Below, in pieces: positions 13,640 through 26,962 of a stretch of 64,000 nucleotides of DNA. Origin of the DNA: Octopus vulgaris (Eukaryota); contig OX597817.1 in assembly GCA_951406725.2 (NCBI GenBank), forward strand, positions 103,478,001 to 103,542,000, read 5' to 3'. Both the position numbers and the translations under genes were made by a program. The notes under the pieces are model-generated. The model ran no database searches and was not told the origin of the DNA. It saw only the letters and a program-made list of their open reading frames with translations. Position 1 is the stretch's first letter. Each line of letters opens with the position of its first letter.

Positions 13640-15440
13640 ATTATTTTTCTTTATCACAGGTTTTGTTAGAACACCTGGAGTCTTACGTGCGTAGCGGGTT
13701 TGCTACCTGCGGTCTACAGTACCATGCTATCCATTCTTTTCAGCTATCTAATATTTTCCTGATTATTCTAGCCGGGCCAAGGAGGCAAACTTTTTGTAAC
13801 AGTTCTACTGAACACTCTATTCCACTTTCCTTTATATTCCCCTTGATGCCTTCTGGACCCAACAATAATTGTCACTATCTTCACTTCCTTCATTTTCCAT
13901 AGCCGGGCTATTTAGTACTTAAAAGGGTTATATTTATCTATCTTTTCACCTTCCATCTTGACTATTCGTGGGTCAAAGGGACATGCAACATCAACTATAT
14001 AGCATATGTGGTGCACCTTGTCCACCACCACTAGGTCCGCTCTGTTATGCTCTAGCACCTGATCTGTTTGGATTGGGAAATCCCAGAGGATTTTGCTAGT
14101 CTCCGCCACTTTCTGCGGTTAGTACTCATACCAGGTATTGCCTCTCTTTAACCCCCACTTTTAGCACAGTTTCCGATGTAGCACTTTCTCTACCTGATCG
14201 TGTTGCCACAACTTGTAGTTGCTTTTGGGCAAGTCTAGTGCATTCGTTCGTGATATGGGCAATGATTTCATCAACTCTATTGCAGATGCGGTACAGCGAA
14301 GACACTTGCTCACTCCTAAAGTTGACCCTCCAGTTCGTGGCCAAAACTTGGTCTTGCGCTGTCAGTATAGTGTTTTCGGTCTCTTTCTTTAGTGTTACTT
14401 TCATCAGCCAATCCCACCTATTTTTTTCCAGCAACTTCTATTGTAGCCGCATGGAATTGATTGTATAGTCCCTTCTTGCGTAATTCTTCTTCATGTCCTT
14501 TTTGCGCTTCTTTTGTTTCCCCCTTTCTCTGCTTTCAATATTCCCTCGTTCCTAACTGTCACTAGCAAGGTTTCGTTACTTTGGGCCAGGTATCTCATTA
14601 TGCTCTCGAGTTCAGTAAGCACGCAGCCTTCCACACTTATCAGTCCTCTTCCTGCATTTGCTCTCTTCATGCATAGGCGATCAGTGTCCGCACGTGGATG
14701 ATGGGAAGCATGCATCGTTAGAAGCTTTCTTGGCTTCCTGTCTATCTCCGTTGGTCCCTCCTCTGTCCACTTCAGGATTCCAGCGCCATACCGAACTACT
14801 GCGACTACGCGCGCGCGAGTTTATTGCTGAAATTAAGTTTCTCGTATTTAGCTTTGAAGCCAATATTTTCCTCATTCGCCGCAGGTGCTCACTTTTTGTC
14901 TTTTTTTCTTTCATGTCATTGTGCTTAATTTCATCTGCCTCAAGTATTCCGCGGTATTCATAGCTGGATTGAGGTTGAATTGCCTTCATCATTTCATCAC
15001 TTGGCAACCCTATGTCTTCTGTTCAGAAAAGCGTTCCTAGTCTCATCACCATCGTAGCACATTTTGAGAGTCCAAATTCCATCTTAATATCATTGGGGAA
15101 AATCCGCACAGACTGGACTAGGCTGTCCAGTTCTGTCTCAGTTTTTGTGAATAGCTTCAGGTCGTCCATGAATAGCAAAAGGATCAGTTTTTCCTTACCT
15201 CTTCGAAGATCGGTGGGGACACACTGTCTCCCTGGAATATACCTCTCTTGATTTTCCCCTCTCCTAATACTTGATTCCCTGTTGGCAATTCCGTTTTCCA
15301 GAATTTCATGCTATTCCATATAAGGCTTCCGATATTTTCTACTACTCCATGCATTTCCATTCTTTTTATTATTCGGGAGTGTGGTATCATATCGTATGCT
15401 TTACGATAGTCAACCCATGCTATGCTCAGGTTTCTGTATA
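13640..15440 (-). mobile_element. R4/Dong-like retrotransposon, family C, 5'-truncated (RT + CCHC + RLE), frameshifted
   Basis: AWVDYRKAYDMIPH, RGIFQGDS, FMDDLKLF, HPRADTDRL..GRGL, TAQDQ, ILWDFPIQTDQVLEHNRADLVVVDK..VDVACPFD. Confidence 0.9.
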
Positions 15441-15550
15441 TTCTTCTTCTTCTTCTTCTTCTTCTTCTTCTTCTTCTTCTTCTTCTTCTTCTTCTTCTTC
15501 TTCTTCTTCTTCTTCTTCTTCTTCTTCTTCTTCTTCTTCTTCTTCTTCTT
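15441..15550. repeat. (TTC)n/(GAA)n microsatellite
   Basis: About 36 pure units, at the 5' junction of Dong family C. Confidence 0.97.
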
Positions 15551-15722
15551 TCGTCGGCCAATAAAGGACATGCTCAACTGTTTAAGGTCAGACAACTGAC
15601 AAGTAAATCTGTGGTATGGTAGCCCATCTTTTATACCAAGACAAAACATGTGCATGAAACACTTTCAATCAGTTAAGATCAAAAGCCATGAGAGCCACTG
15701 CCCGGTACTGCATCAGGGCATT
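15551..15722 (-). mobile_element. 5' portion of the ~557-bp non-coding TAA-associated element
   Basis: Matches 20149-20337 and ends at the same terminus (…GGTACTGCATCAGGGCAT on +). Confidence 0.85.
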
Positions 15723-15729
15723 GTATTAT

Positions 15730-17650
15730 ATGTTTGACATTTGCTTTGTATTTGTACAAGTTGACTCACCCAGAGACCTCAAGGGACAATAAGTTAGAAG
15801 TTCAAGTTGATGTTATGACTAGGGTGCCACATACTTGGTTTTGCACAAAGTATCATACTAGAGAATGCTTAAGAAAACATAAGAAAGTTATGTTTGTTTT
15901 AAAATTTGAGATTACATAGTATTTTATGTAGGATATGGGTAGTTCCCATGTGCACTATTTTTTTGAATTTCTACCGTCTTTGGATTTCTTGTTATCTGAA
16001 CTAGGTTGCAATCAGCTCCTTTTTCTATCATTCCCAAAGCACTTATGACATTAAGTATTGTTCTAGTCTTGAGGTTCCACATTTTGCCAATTTCTAGTTC
16101 AAAATCTTTATCTTTGCTCAGTTTTTGGTAGGTCTTGACAGATACATATATGTCAATATGTATATCAGTCATATCGATGAGGAGGCATAATTTTTGTCTG
16201 AAGTCCTTCAATATAACGTCTGGCCTATTCGCATCTATCTTTCTGTCAGTTTGAACGGTGAAGTTCCAGAGAAATGAGATGTGGTCATTTTCAAGGACTG
16301 GAGGTAGTTTGTGTTCCCGCCAGCTTTTTTTTTATCACGGAGCAGGTCCAAGGTTTTGCAAATTACTCAGCGGATATATTGGTGCTACTGTATCATGCCT
16401 GTTGAGATACTCTGTAGGCACAAGAAGACTGCACATGGTGACAACATATTCGATGGTTTCATTTTGTTGTTTATATACACGACATGTTGGGCTACTGCCG
16501 TTCTTTAATATGTTGGCCTGGTAGCACCTTGTAGGCTGCTATGATAAATCCTCCTGTCTCTGATTTTAAGCCAGAAGACACTAACCATTGATGAGTGAGG
16601 GCTTTGTCAACATCGGTATTATTAGCTTTCTTTGGGTATTTGCCAATGAGAGATTTTTGTTGTCATTTATCAGTAAGACTATTTAAGGCAGCAGTTTTAG
16701 CACGGGTTTTCATATGCTTAACTTTTTCTGTGTTTGTTTCCAGCACGTCAAATTCTGGGATTTGTTGTATTTGGAATGAATTCCAAATTCAGATATTTCT
16801 TTGCCTGTTTTGTTACTGAGTATGATGCTTTCTTGTTTACGTGCTTTAAAACAAGTTTTAACATCCAGTCATCGGAATTTTTCAGGTAGGTTTTAGGCCG
16901 ACTGTGGCAATCTTTATTGTTAATCTCAGTTGTAAAAGTACACGGTTACCCTAATTTCTTGGCAGGTAAAGTTGTTCTATATCTGTCTTAGGGTGGTGCA
17001 TTCTATGCATTGTATACAGGTTTCGTATTTTTCTGTCAAGATTACATATTTCAGTAACTGACCAGTGAAAAATATTGGAACTGTAAGCCATGACTGGAAT
17101 GGCTAAAGTATTGATCGCTTCTATCCTGTTTCTTGCATTCAGCTCTGTCTTGAGTATTGCCCTTACCCTGCGATAACTTTCTTTTCTGATCCTTTCCCTC
17201 ATTATTGAATGTCTGATTCCATCACCTTCAAATACCCCTAAGTATTTGCAGCTCGCAGCTGGTTCTAACTCTTTTATGACATTTAGTTGGTCAAGATTAA
17301 CGTTGGATGTTTCTATAATTTTTCCTTTGATAAAAGTAGCTTTTGCACATTTATCGACGCCAAAATGCATTCTGATGTCATCACTGAAGTGTTTAACAGT
17401 AAGCCCTGCAGTTGATCATTTTTTGCAAAGTGCTTTAAATCATCCATGTAAAAGAGATGATTTATATTTTTATCAAATATTTTACAGCCATATTGTACAT
17501 CATCGAGCAATTTCGAGAGAGGTATTAAGGCTAGACAAAAGAGGAGTGGTGACAGAGTCACCCTGGAAAATGCCACATGAAATTCTTACATCTCCAGCAT
17601 TGAGAGATTCATGGTCATTGTTCAAAGTGAAAGAATTATTCATTGTCACT
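15730..17650 (-). mobile_element. R4/Dong-like retrotransposon, family A, 5'-truncated
   Basis: LSPLLFCLALIPLS, HLFYMDDLK, FGVDKCAK, KYLGV, HRMHHPK, DANRPD, LIDMT..KDFELEIGKMWNLKT. Its 3' UTR is shared with the 19126 and 20418 copies. Confidence 0.9.
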
Positions 17651-17687
17651 GTTCAAAGTAGAAAGGATTATTATTATTATTATTATT

Positions 17688-18495
17688 CAGTAGTTTTATT
17701 TTTATAGCGTGCTTTCACTTCACTACCGAGCGCAGCTCTGTGTGCCTTGGGTATGTGCTGTGATTTGTTGTGATGCTCTGATGGTTATTGTATGGAAAGT
17801 GTTCTGCGTAGGATGTGTGCAGTGCCTAGTAGTGCAAATTTCTGTATGTTATATGTGTTTGTAAGTCCTGGTGTTTTTGTTATGTATTTGTCTGAATATT
17901 TTTTTACCATGCCTAATGCACCTACTATGATAGGAATTGTTTCTGTTTTTAGATTCCACATTCTGGTTACCTCTATTTCCAGGTCTTTGTATTTTGAAAG
18001 TTTCTCCATTTCTTTTAGAGACACGTTGTCATCTGCCGGTATTGATACATCAATTAGAAAGCATTTTTTTCTTCATGATCTCTGACAACTATATCTGGTC
18101 TGTTGGCCTTAATTTCTCTATCTGTGTGTATCGGCATATCCCAGAGTATGGTTGCTTTCTCGTTTTCTGTGACCTTTTCTGGTGTGTGCCTATACCATCT
18201 TTTTTCTGTTGTTATTCCATAATGTTGGCATAGCTTCCAATGTATGTAGGTTCCAACTCTGTCATGTCTGTGAATATATTCCTTCTTAGCCAGGACTGGG
18301 CAGCTAGAAATAATATGATTTATTGTTTCTTGTCCATCTCCACATATTCTGCAGTTACTTGTAATATTTCTTTTCATTACATGTTTTTGGTAATTTCTGG
18401 TGGGGAGGCTTTGGTCTTGTGCTGCAATTAAAAATCCCTCTGTTTCTGCTTTGAGTCCTGAGCTTCTCAACCATTGCTGGGATATTTCTTTTGCG

Positions 18496-18497
<2 letters not shown>
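17688..18497 (-). mobile_element. R4/Dong-like retrotransposon, family B, 3' fragment (CCHC + RLE)
   Basis: ETEGFLIAAQDQSLPTRNY, CRICG..ETINHIISSC, RHDRV, ANRPDIVV, KYKDLEIEV..IIVGALG..LGTAHILRR. (TAA)n tail. Confidence 0.92.
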
Positions 18498-19760
<1,263 letters not shown>

Positions 19761-19780
19761 TTATTATTATTATTATTATT

Positions 19781-20337
19781 GAGTGAGAGAGCAGTTCATG
19801 CCATCAAAGTGACACTGGGGTAAAATATACGAAGCCCAATATACCCATCATGACTACCCGTCTGATAAAGGTACATCAGGCACATGCATCATAACCATAT
19901 GTGCGCGACATGGTGATCTCATATCAAGATAAACAGCACATGACCTTGCAGGTGGGGCCCAGTTAGAATTTTCTTCAGGTTGAGTAGCCCATCCCGCTCA
20001 AACGGTCCCTGAATAAGGGTTGCTTAAGGATGTTGAAAGAACCACCCATGTTTTCAGAGGTGAACTATTCAAACCCCAAAGAATCCCTCTCAACACATGG
20101 CTATGATGCTCCCCCACTACTTCTGCTCATGATCAGAGATGCACATATCGTCAGCCACTAAGGGACATGCTCAACTGGTTAAGGTCAAACAACTGACAAG
20201 CAAATCTGTGGTATTGAGCAGAATATTTGCTGTAGCCCATCTTTTATACCAAGACAAAACAATGTACATGATAACACTTCCAATCAGTTAAGATGAGAAG
20301 CCATGAGAGCCACTGCCTGGTACTGCATCAGGGCATT
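19781..20337 (-). mobile_element. ~557-bp non-coding element in (TAA)n; candidate non-autonomous Dong-mobilised retroelement
   Basis: Three copies in the window. This copy is flanked by (TTA)n on both sides. No ORF and no tRNA A/B boxes seen. Confidence 0.75.
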
Positions 20338-20348
20338 TATTATTATTA

Positions 20349-20417
<69 letters not shown>

Positions 20418-20418
<1 letters not shown>

Positions 20419-21602
20419 TATGTTTGACTTTTGCTTTATATTTGTACAAGTTGGCTCCAAGTCTCACCCAGAGACCTCAAGAGACAACAGGGTTGGAAGT
20501 TCATGTTGTTGTTATGCCTAGTGTGCCATATATTTGGGGGGTGGGGATGTTGTACTAATGAATGTCTAAAAAAAAAAGGGTTTTTTTTTTTTTTAAACCG
20601 AAAATTATGTTTGTTTTAAACCTTGAGATTACATAGAGAGTATTTTGCGTAGGATATGAGCAGTTGCCATGAGCACTATCTTTTGAACTTCTGCCATTTT
20701 TGGGTTTTCTGGTATCTGAGTTAGGTAGCTATCAGCCCCTTTTGCTATCATTCCCAGGGCACCTATGACAACAGGTATTGTTTTAGTCTTCAGCTTCCAC
20801 ATTTTGCTGATTTCTATTTCAAGATCTTTATATTTGCTCAGTTTTTGGTAGGTCTTGACAGATACGTTTATATGGATTGGGACAGTCATATCAATGAGGA
20901 GGCATGTTCTTTGTTTGAAGTCTTTCAATATGATGTCTGGCCTATTTGCATCTATCTTTCTGTCAGTTTGAATGGTGAAATTCCAGAGGAGTGAGATGTG
21001 GTCATTTTCAAGCACTGGGGGTGGTTTGTGTTCCCACCAGTTTTTTTCATGGGGCAAATCCAGGTTTTTACAGATTACCCAGTGAATATATTGTGCAGCT
21101 CTATCGTGCCTGTTGAGATACTCTGTAGGCGCTAGAAGACTGCACTTGGAGACCACATGGTCAATGGTTTCATTTTGTTGCTTGCATACACGACACGTTG
21201 GACTGCTTCTGATCTTTAATATGTTGTCCTGGTAGTTTCTTGTTGGTAGGCATTGATCTTGAGCTGCTATGATAAACCCCTCTGTTTCAGATTTTAAGCC
21301 AGAGGCCATTAGCTATTGGTGGGTCAGGGCTTTGTCAACATCTGCATTATTTTCTCTCTTTGGGTATTTGCCATACAGAGGTTTTTCTTGCCATTTATCA
21401 TTCAGAATATCTAAGGCCGCAGATTTAGCACGGGTTTTCATGCGCTTAGCTTTTTCTGTGCCTGTTTCTTGTGTCTATCTCTAATTCCGAAATTTGTTGT
21501 ATTCGGAATTCACTTAGATATTCCTTTGCTTGTTTTGTTACTGAGTATGATGCTTTCTTGTTTTCATGTTTTGAGACAAGTTTTAACATCCAGTCCTCAG
21601 AG

Positions 21603-21604
<2 letters not shown>
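20418..21604 (-). mobile_element. R4/Dong-like family A, 3' fragment with intact 226-aa C-terminal ORF (20629-21309)
   Basis: ETEGFIIAAQDQ, CRVC..ETIDHVVSKC (CCHC), RHD, RPD..LIDMTVP..KYKDL (PD-D..K RLE), GALG, TAHILRK. Confidence 0.93.
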
Positions 21605-21657
<53 letters not shown>

Positions 21658-21679
21658 GTTATTGTTGTTGTTGTTATTT

Positions 21680-21888
21680 AGGCTGGTAAAATCGTTAGCA
21701 TGTCAGGCAAAATGCTTAGCAGCATTTCGTCTTTCTTTATGTTCTGAATTCAAATTCCGCCGAGGTCGAATTTATCTTTAATCCTATGGGGGTCGGTAAA
21801 GTTAGTACCATTCAAGTCCTTGGGTCGATGTAATCGACTTATCACCTCGTCCGAACTTGCTGGCCTTGCACCAAAATTTAAAACCATT
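21680..21888 (+). mobile_element. SINE family 1 copy (diverged)
   Basis: GCTGGTAAAATCGTTAGC...TTCAAATTCCGCCGAGGTCGA...GGGTCGATGTAATCGACT. Confidence 0.75.
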
Positions 21889-22179
21889 ACTTGTCCATGG
21901 TGTTCAGGGAGATCTTGGGCGGTGAGATACCTTGATTATCCCTAGAGTCATCTTGTATTTGGAGGACTACATCACAATCATTCCCCACTTTTTTTAACTT
22001 TTGTATACTATGTATATTTTCTTTCCTTTTCATTGTTTACCGTGTATACTTACTTTTTTGTTATTTATTTATTTTATCATGTCATTATTTGCACCCCCAC
22101 CCACAATTTTGTGTCTGTCTTTGTATTGTCCCTCTCATTTTTTGCCCCGGTGGCAAATAAATGAAGGTATCATCATCAC

Positions 22180-22264
<85 letters not shown>

Positions 22265-24179
22265 TAGTAGAAATAATTATTCAATAATTAACGTTCTGAT
22301 TTGATGGACGTTTATAACTGTTTGAGCAGTTGTTTCCTAATTTTTGATATCGCCCTTTTTTTCTTTTTCCATTCTTCCTCTTGCCTTCTTTTAATTTGTA
22401 TTTCTATTGATAATTAGATCCTTTCTAAGTTATTTTCCTTTAATTGTTGCTTCCATTTTCTCTGTAATGTAATAATAATAGAATAGACTATAGATTACAT
22501 AGGTTGTTTTGAGGTATTACTTCATTGGTTAGTTTTATTATTTTTTTAGTGTCATTATGACACTCTTTATTCAATACTTTTTAAATATATCATAACTCCT
22601 TTAACTTTTACTTTCATATAAATTATTTCGCTTTAAGTTGAATTTTTTTTTATTTTACTGGGGTTTGTTCTTCCTTTAACACGAACATATGGTTAAGTTC
22701 CGTTGAATTGCTTTATTTTTGATGTTGTTAAATTTTAATTGCATTTCTTTTAATTGGTGTGAGCTCATCATATAGTTAAAAGTTTATATAGTTTAGGATT
22801 TCTTGTTTGACAGCAAATATATTTATTCAGTGTTTGTTTTCCAATAATATCTTTTCTGATATTAAACCAGTTGAAGTAATTGTGATGATCATTATTCTAC
22901 TTGTCCAGCTTGTTTCTAAATCTTAAGCTGAGTTGGTTGATTTAGCTGGTACAAACGATAAATGTCGGTAAAGCAATTTCTTGAATATCTGTGCTTATTT
23001 TCTTCATAGTTTCTTCCATAAATTTGAATGTTCTATTTTTTGTGAAGCTATTATGGTGAATTTTTTTAATGATCTCAACAGTGCTTTAGAACGAAGAGCA
23101 AAGAACAAAAAAAATCAATATATATGTAGTGGCTTAAACATTAATCATAAAGCAAATATTCCTATGTCTCTCACTTTCTAGAGGCATTTATTTTCAATTT
23201 TTTTATTAATTATAACAAAGTCAACTAAGCTCACTGACAATGCCTTACCATTGACATCAAAGATGAACAGAATTTCAGATCTAAAGAAGCTTGACATAAA
23301 CTTAAACAATTAAATATCTTTAGCAATCATAGCAAAACAAATTTGATCATATTTTTCAAGTATATTTAATGTGAAATCTTTGATAGAGTCATAAAGAAGT
23401 TTGACACAAAGTTTATGAAAATTTCCTTTACATTGCACTGAATATAGCTTTACCTAAAAGCAAATTTAAATATAACTTAATATTCCAACCGACAACTATG
23501 GATGACTAAAAGTCATATTTCCCCTTGCTCAGAAGTTAACAATTTAACATACAACTTTCAAATGCTATAATAATGTATTAAACAAACTATAACGCCTATG
23601 AAACAAATTGAAACAGTATGACCATGACTCATAGTAGAAAGAAACTCCTATACAAATCTTCCTAATTAATTCCTTGTAAATGTAAAAGAACTGCCATAGA
23701 ATAACCAGGGTTCTACCTATTTACCACCATAGGCAAAACCGCCTCTCAGAAATTCTCTTAATCTTGTAGAACTTTTGCACACCATTTTAATAGGAATTGT
23801 GTGAATATCTTTAACATACAATATGATGTTAATAGTTTGAATTATATTTCGTAGCTTCACATTCGCATTTAGACTCATTGCTCATATTTTCAACAGATCC
23901 AATAAGTGAGATTTTTCTGCATCTAAATGATGTGGAGAATACTCCTTTTTCGGATTGTGGACCTAATGAGTAGTCGACTTGCTTCTTCAAAGTTCAATGG
24001 CAAAAGTAACAAAAGTAATTACTATAAAGTATGCAATGAAATATTAACGTATCTATTTCACAAACAAAAAATAACGTTTCCTGAAAATATAGGACTTCAA
24101 AAAAATTCTATACGAGCTGTCGATCATTAACACCGCACCCCACTAAGCTTTTATATTTTAGAAGCGGATAATAATTGAT

Positions 24180-25200
24180 AAACTGATAACAAATTTAAAT
24201 TGATTTTCTTTTGATAATCAGTAATGTGTTTCTTCTTGAATAGTTATTCTATAAGACCAGTCTTAAAAATATAAAAGAAATTTTAGAATTGTCACCATTT
24301 ATCAGTTATTGTTACAAATATTATCCGTTTCCTTAAGGTACATTTCAAAGTACATCTATAGACCATTATTATGGCTATGTAGAGATAACTGGGATTCTTT
24401 ATATAATCGAGTTTCCAGTTTTCCATACCTTCAATTTTAGGTAACATTAATTCAAATTCTCCTAAAAGCGGTTGGTATCACTTGTGGAATTCTCTACCTA
24501 ATTAACGGGACTGAAAATGAACATAAGCAGAAGATTGCTGACAAATGGTATCACATTATTTATTTTAGCATAAATAGTGCTGTTTTAATTTCATTAAAAT
24601 GTTCATACCAGAAGCATTTATTTATCCACAGTTTATTTGGAACAACAGGAACATGAAGTAATTGGCCATTAAGTTGACCGAGTTGAAAATGTAATTTCTA
24701 AACTATCTATATACTGCAAGCTTTGGATCTACAATTTCACCCATGGTATTTACAAGAGAATATTTCATATATTTTATCATTATATATATAAAATCGTAAA
24801 CAGAAATATTTACCTATCGTAAAACCTCTCATTGCTCATAAAAACAGCAGTCACTTCTAAATAAAGGCGGTTTATAATGTGACAACTAATAAATTAACAT
24901 AACATATAATCATTGTTAATAAGCATTAAAATTATTCTTCATGCGGAAAAGGTAGAAGGTAAAGAAAATACGCTATAAAAAAATAACAAAAATGTTATCA
25001 AATAAATAAACAAGAAGGCCCCTAAGGCCATATTAATCAAAGGTATTTCGTGCGGATTAACTTAAGGAGACAAAGCAGTAGAGTTGAATGTTTATAAACA
25101 ACTTTAACGTGTCCTATTGGATATTATCACTGTTTATTTTTTTCCTTTTGTCTTTTAGCTCAGAATTTCCTTTTTAGTCCAATCTACAGAAATTCATTAT
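24180..25200 (-). mobile_element. Possible ancient hAT-like (CGGBP1-related) transposase remnant
   Basis: Weak ordered motifs on the minus strand: LIRTKYL, VFMSNE (cf. LFLSDA), VPVVPNKLWIN (cf. PEPVITRWGTW), WYEHFNEIK, KLE..KNPSY. Confidence 0.3.
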
Positions 25201-26569
25201 CGCTTGTTATTCCAGGATAATATGCCTGTCATATCTTAAAACATGAATTAAGATATGAATGCTTTTATTTGCAGTTCTGAGTAAGTATTAACTTTGTGAT
25301 CAGAACAGGGGAAGTAGAGCTGAATCCACTTTCGATTCTACTGATCTGTCTCAAGGGACACCAAATTTACCTTTATAAAAACTTTAAATGTAAAATTGAG
25401 CCCTGAAAAGGCAAATGCTATGTTCCAATGACCTTGCTGTTGTTATGTTATCCAATTCAAGAACCTAGATTCGGTAATGTTGATATCGTTATGTTAATAG
25501 GGAGATGGAGCCAATAGATTGCTGCAACAAAGCGACACTAGTTCTTTCTGAACGCAGGAAGAGCTAATACTAACACTAAATGCTATCATCGTTATGAACG
25601 TTGTACTCAGCTGCTCCAAAGCTTTCTATTTTATTGAAGAACTTTTCTTTTAACCGGCTCTTCTCTCATGGCTTTTATGCCATATTTTCCCTTTCAGTTG
25701 TTTATTGTTTTAGCAATCGCTACTTTTAGTACACAGTAAACGCAGGTAGTAAAGTTTTACAGTAGCCTGTTTTTGTAATTATTTAGTAAACTGTTGGTGT
25801 TATTATTTTAAGTAATTCAAATAGTATAATGTTGTGAAGAGTTTTATCACAGATTTGTAGACACACATTCTACTACAATTAAAATGATAAAGAAAAGCGG
25901 AGAACGATTTATAGAAGATTGAAAAATAGCATCCAATACGCAACGAGAGAAATTTTGAAGATTCTACCAATCACTGCTATATTATATAAAAGACTATTTA
26001 TTATGGAAGATCAGATGGAACCAAGGTAGTGCATAAGATGGGCTGAAAAATAGTATCTTCTGAAATTAGTACAACACTACATTTGTTGTTACTGTATATT
26101 TGTCCCAGGTCAACCATGGTCAAGCAAACCTATAATCAAAGGCATTTTGACTGAGACTTAATTCGTCCTCTGATTCAGCACTATTTCTTAAATTTTAGCA
26201 GATTCAACTCTTTTGCAAACATTCTCTGGTTTGAGAATGGCTCAATTACTTGTTAAGCTTTTTGCTATAACTTATGACTTTTGACTTCTTCCTCTTTTTG
26301 TGAACACTATCACTCTTGCAGACCACGAAAAAGCTTCTTTTTTTTTCAAATATAGTGCACTTAAGATTTCCTTACCTAGTGTGTCCTTCATTTTTTAACT
26401 CGATAGGATGTGATTTAAAGAACATTTAGATGTTAATTCTAGCAAAATACAGAATAATTCTTATTAGCTTGAAATGAAACGCACATTTATTGTAGAAATA
26501 CATAGTAAATCAAATTGACGCCAGCAAGATATAGTAATCCGGGGATTTTGAGCCAACGGGGGAGCTTCC

Positions 26570-26755
26570 ATATGACGCTCTATCTGCTAGACGAAATCTC
26601 CCCTCAAATCACACTCCACTAGCTTTAAAAAGGACAGCTTGGATTATGTAGTTCCAAATATACTATGCCTCAAATGAAAAAAAGATTGTATGAAACGCTT
26701 TTGATCATAAGTGTGCTCAGTTAGAGCTGACCTGCGGCTAAACATCAACAAACTA
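26570..26755 (+). mobile_element. Dispersed repeat ending in (CAA)n, probably a SINE/LINE 3' part
   Basis: CTGCTAG..AAATCTCCC.TCAAATCACAC...GCTGACCTG.GGCTAAACAACAAC. Related copies at ~38860-39055, 42675-42870, 51050-51190 and 62860-63040. Confidence 0.7.
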
Positions 26756-26776
26756 CGAATTTTGTACACAGAATGT

Positions 26777-26809
26777 AGGACAAAAGTAAATATTCTTAGG
26801 CTTGTTGTC

Positions 26810-26879
<70 letters not shown>

Positions 26880-26914
26880 GGAACAATAAGCCTAAGAACA
26901 TTTACTTTTGTCCT
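26777..26914. repeat. 36-bp inverted repeat around a (TA)n core
   Basis: AGGACAAAAGTAAATATTCTTAGGCTTGTTGTCCCA (26777-26812) versus the reverse complement of 26879-26914; 33/36 identical. Confidence 0.9.
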
Positions 26915-26930
26915 TTCATATATATATATG

Positions 26931-26962
<32 letters not shown>

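Noticed and set aside
20260-20337. HDV-like ribozyme at the 5' end of the 557-bp element
   Set aside because: Tried to build P1/P2/P3/P1.1/P4; partial pairings exist but there is no room for P1.1/P4.
25380-25620. Harbinger-like transposase remnant on the minus strand
   Set aside because: Only one weak motif resemblance (TARSLEHSICLFRAQF).
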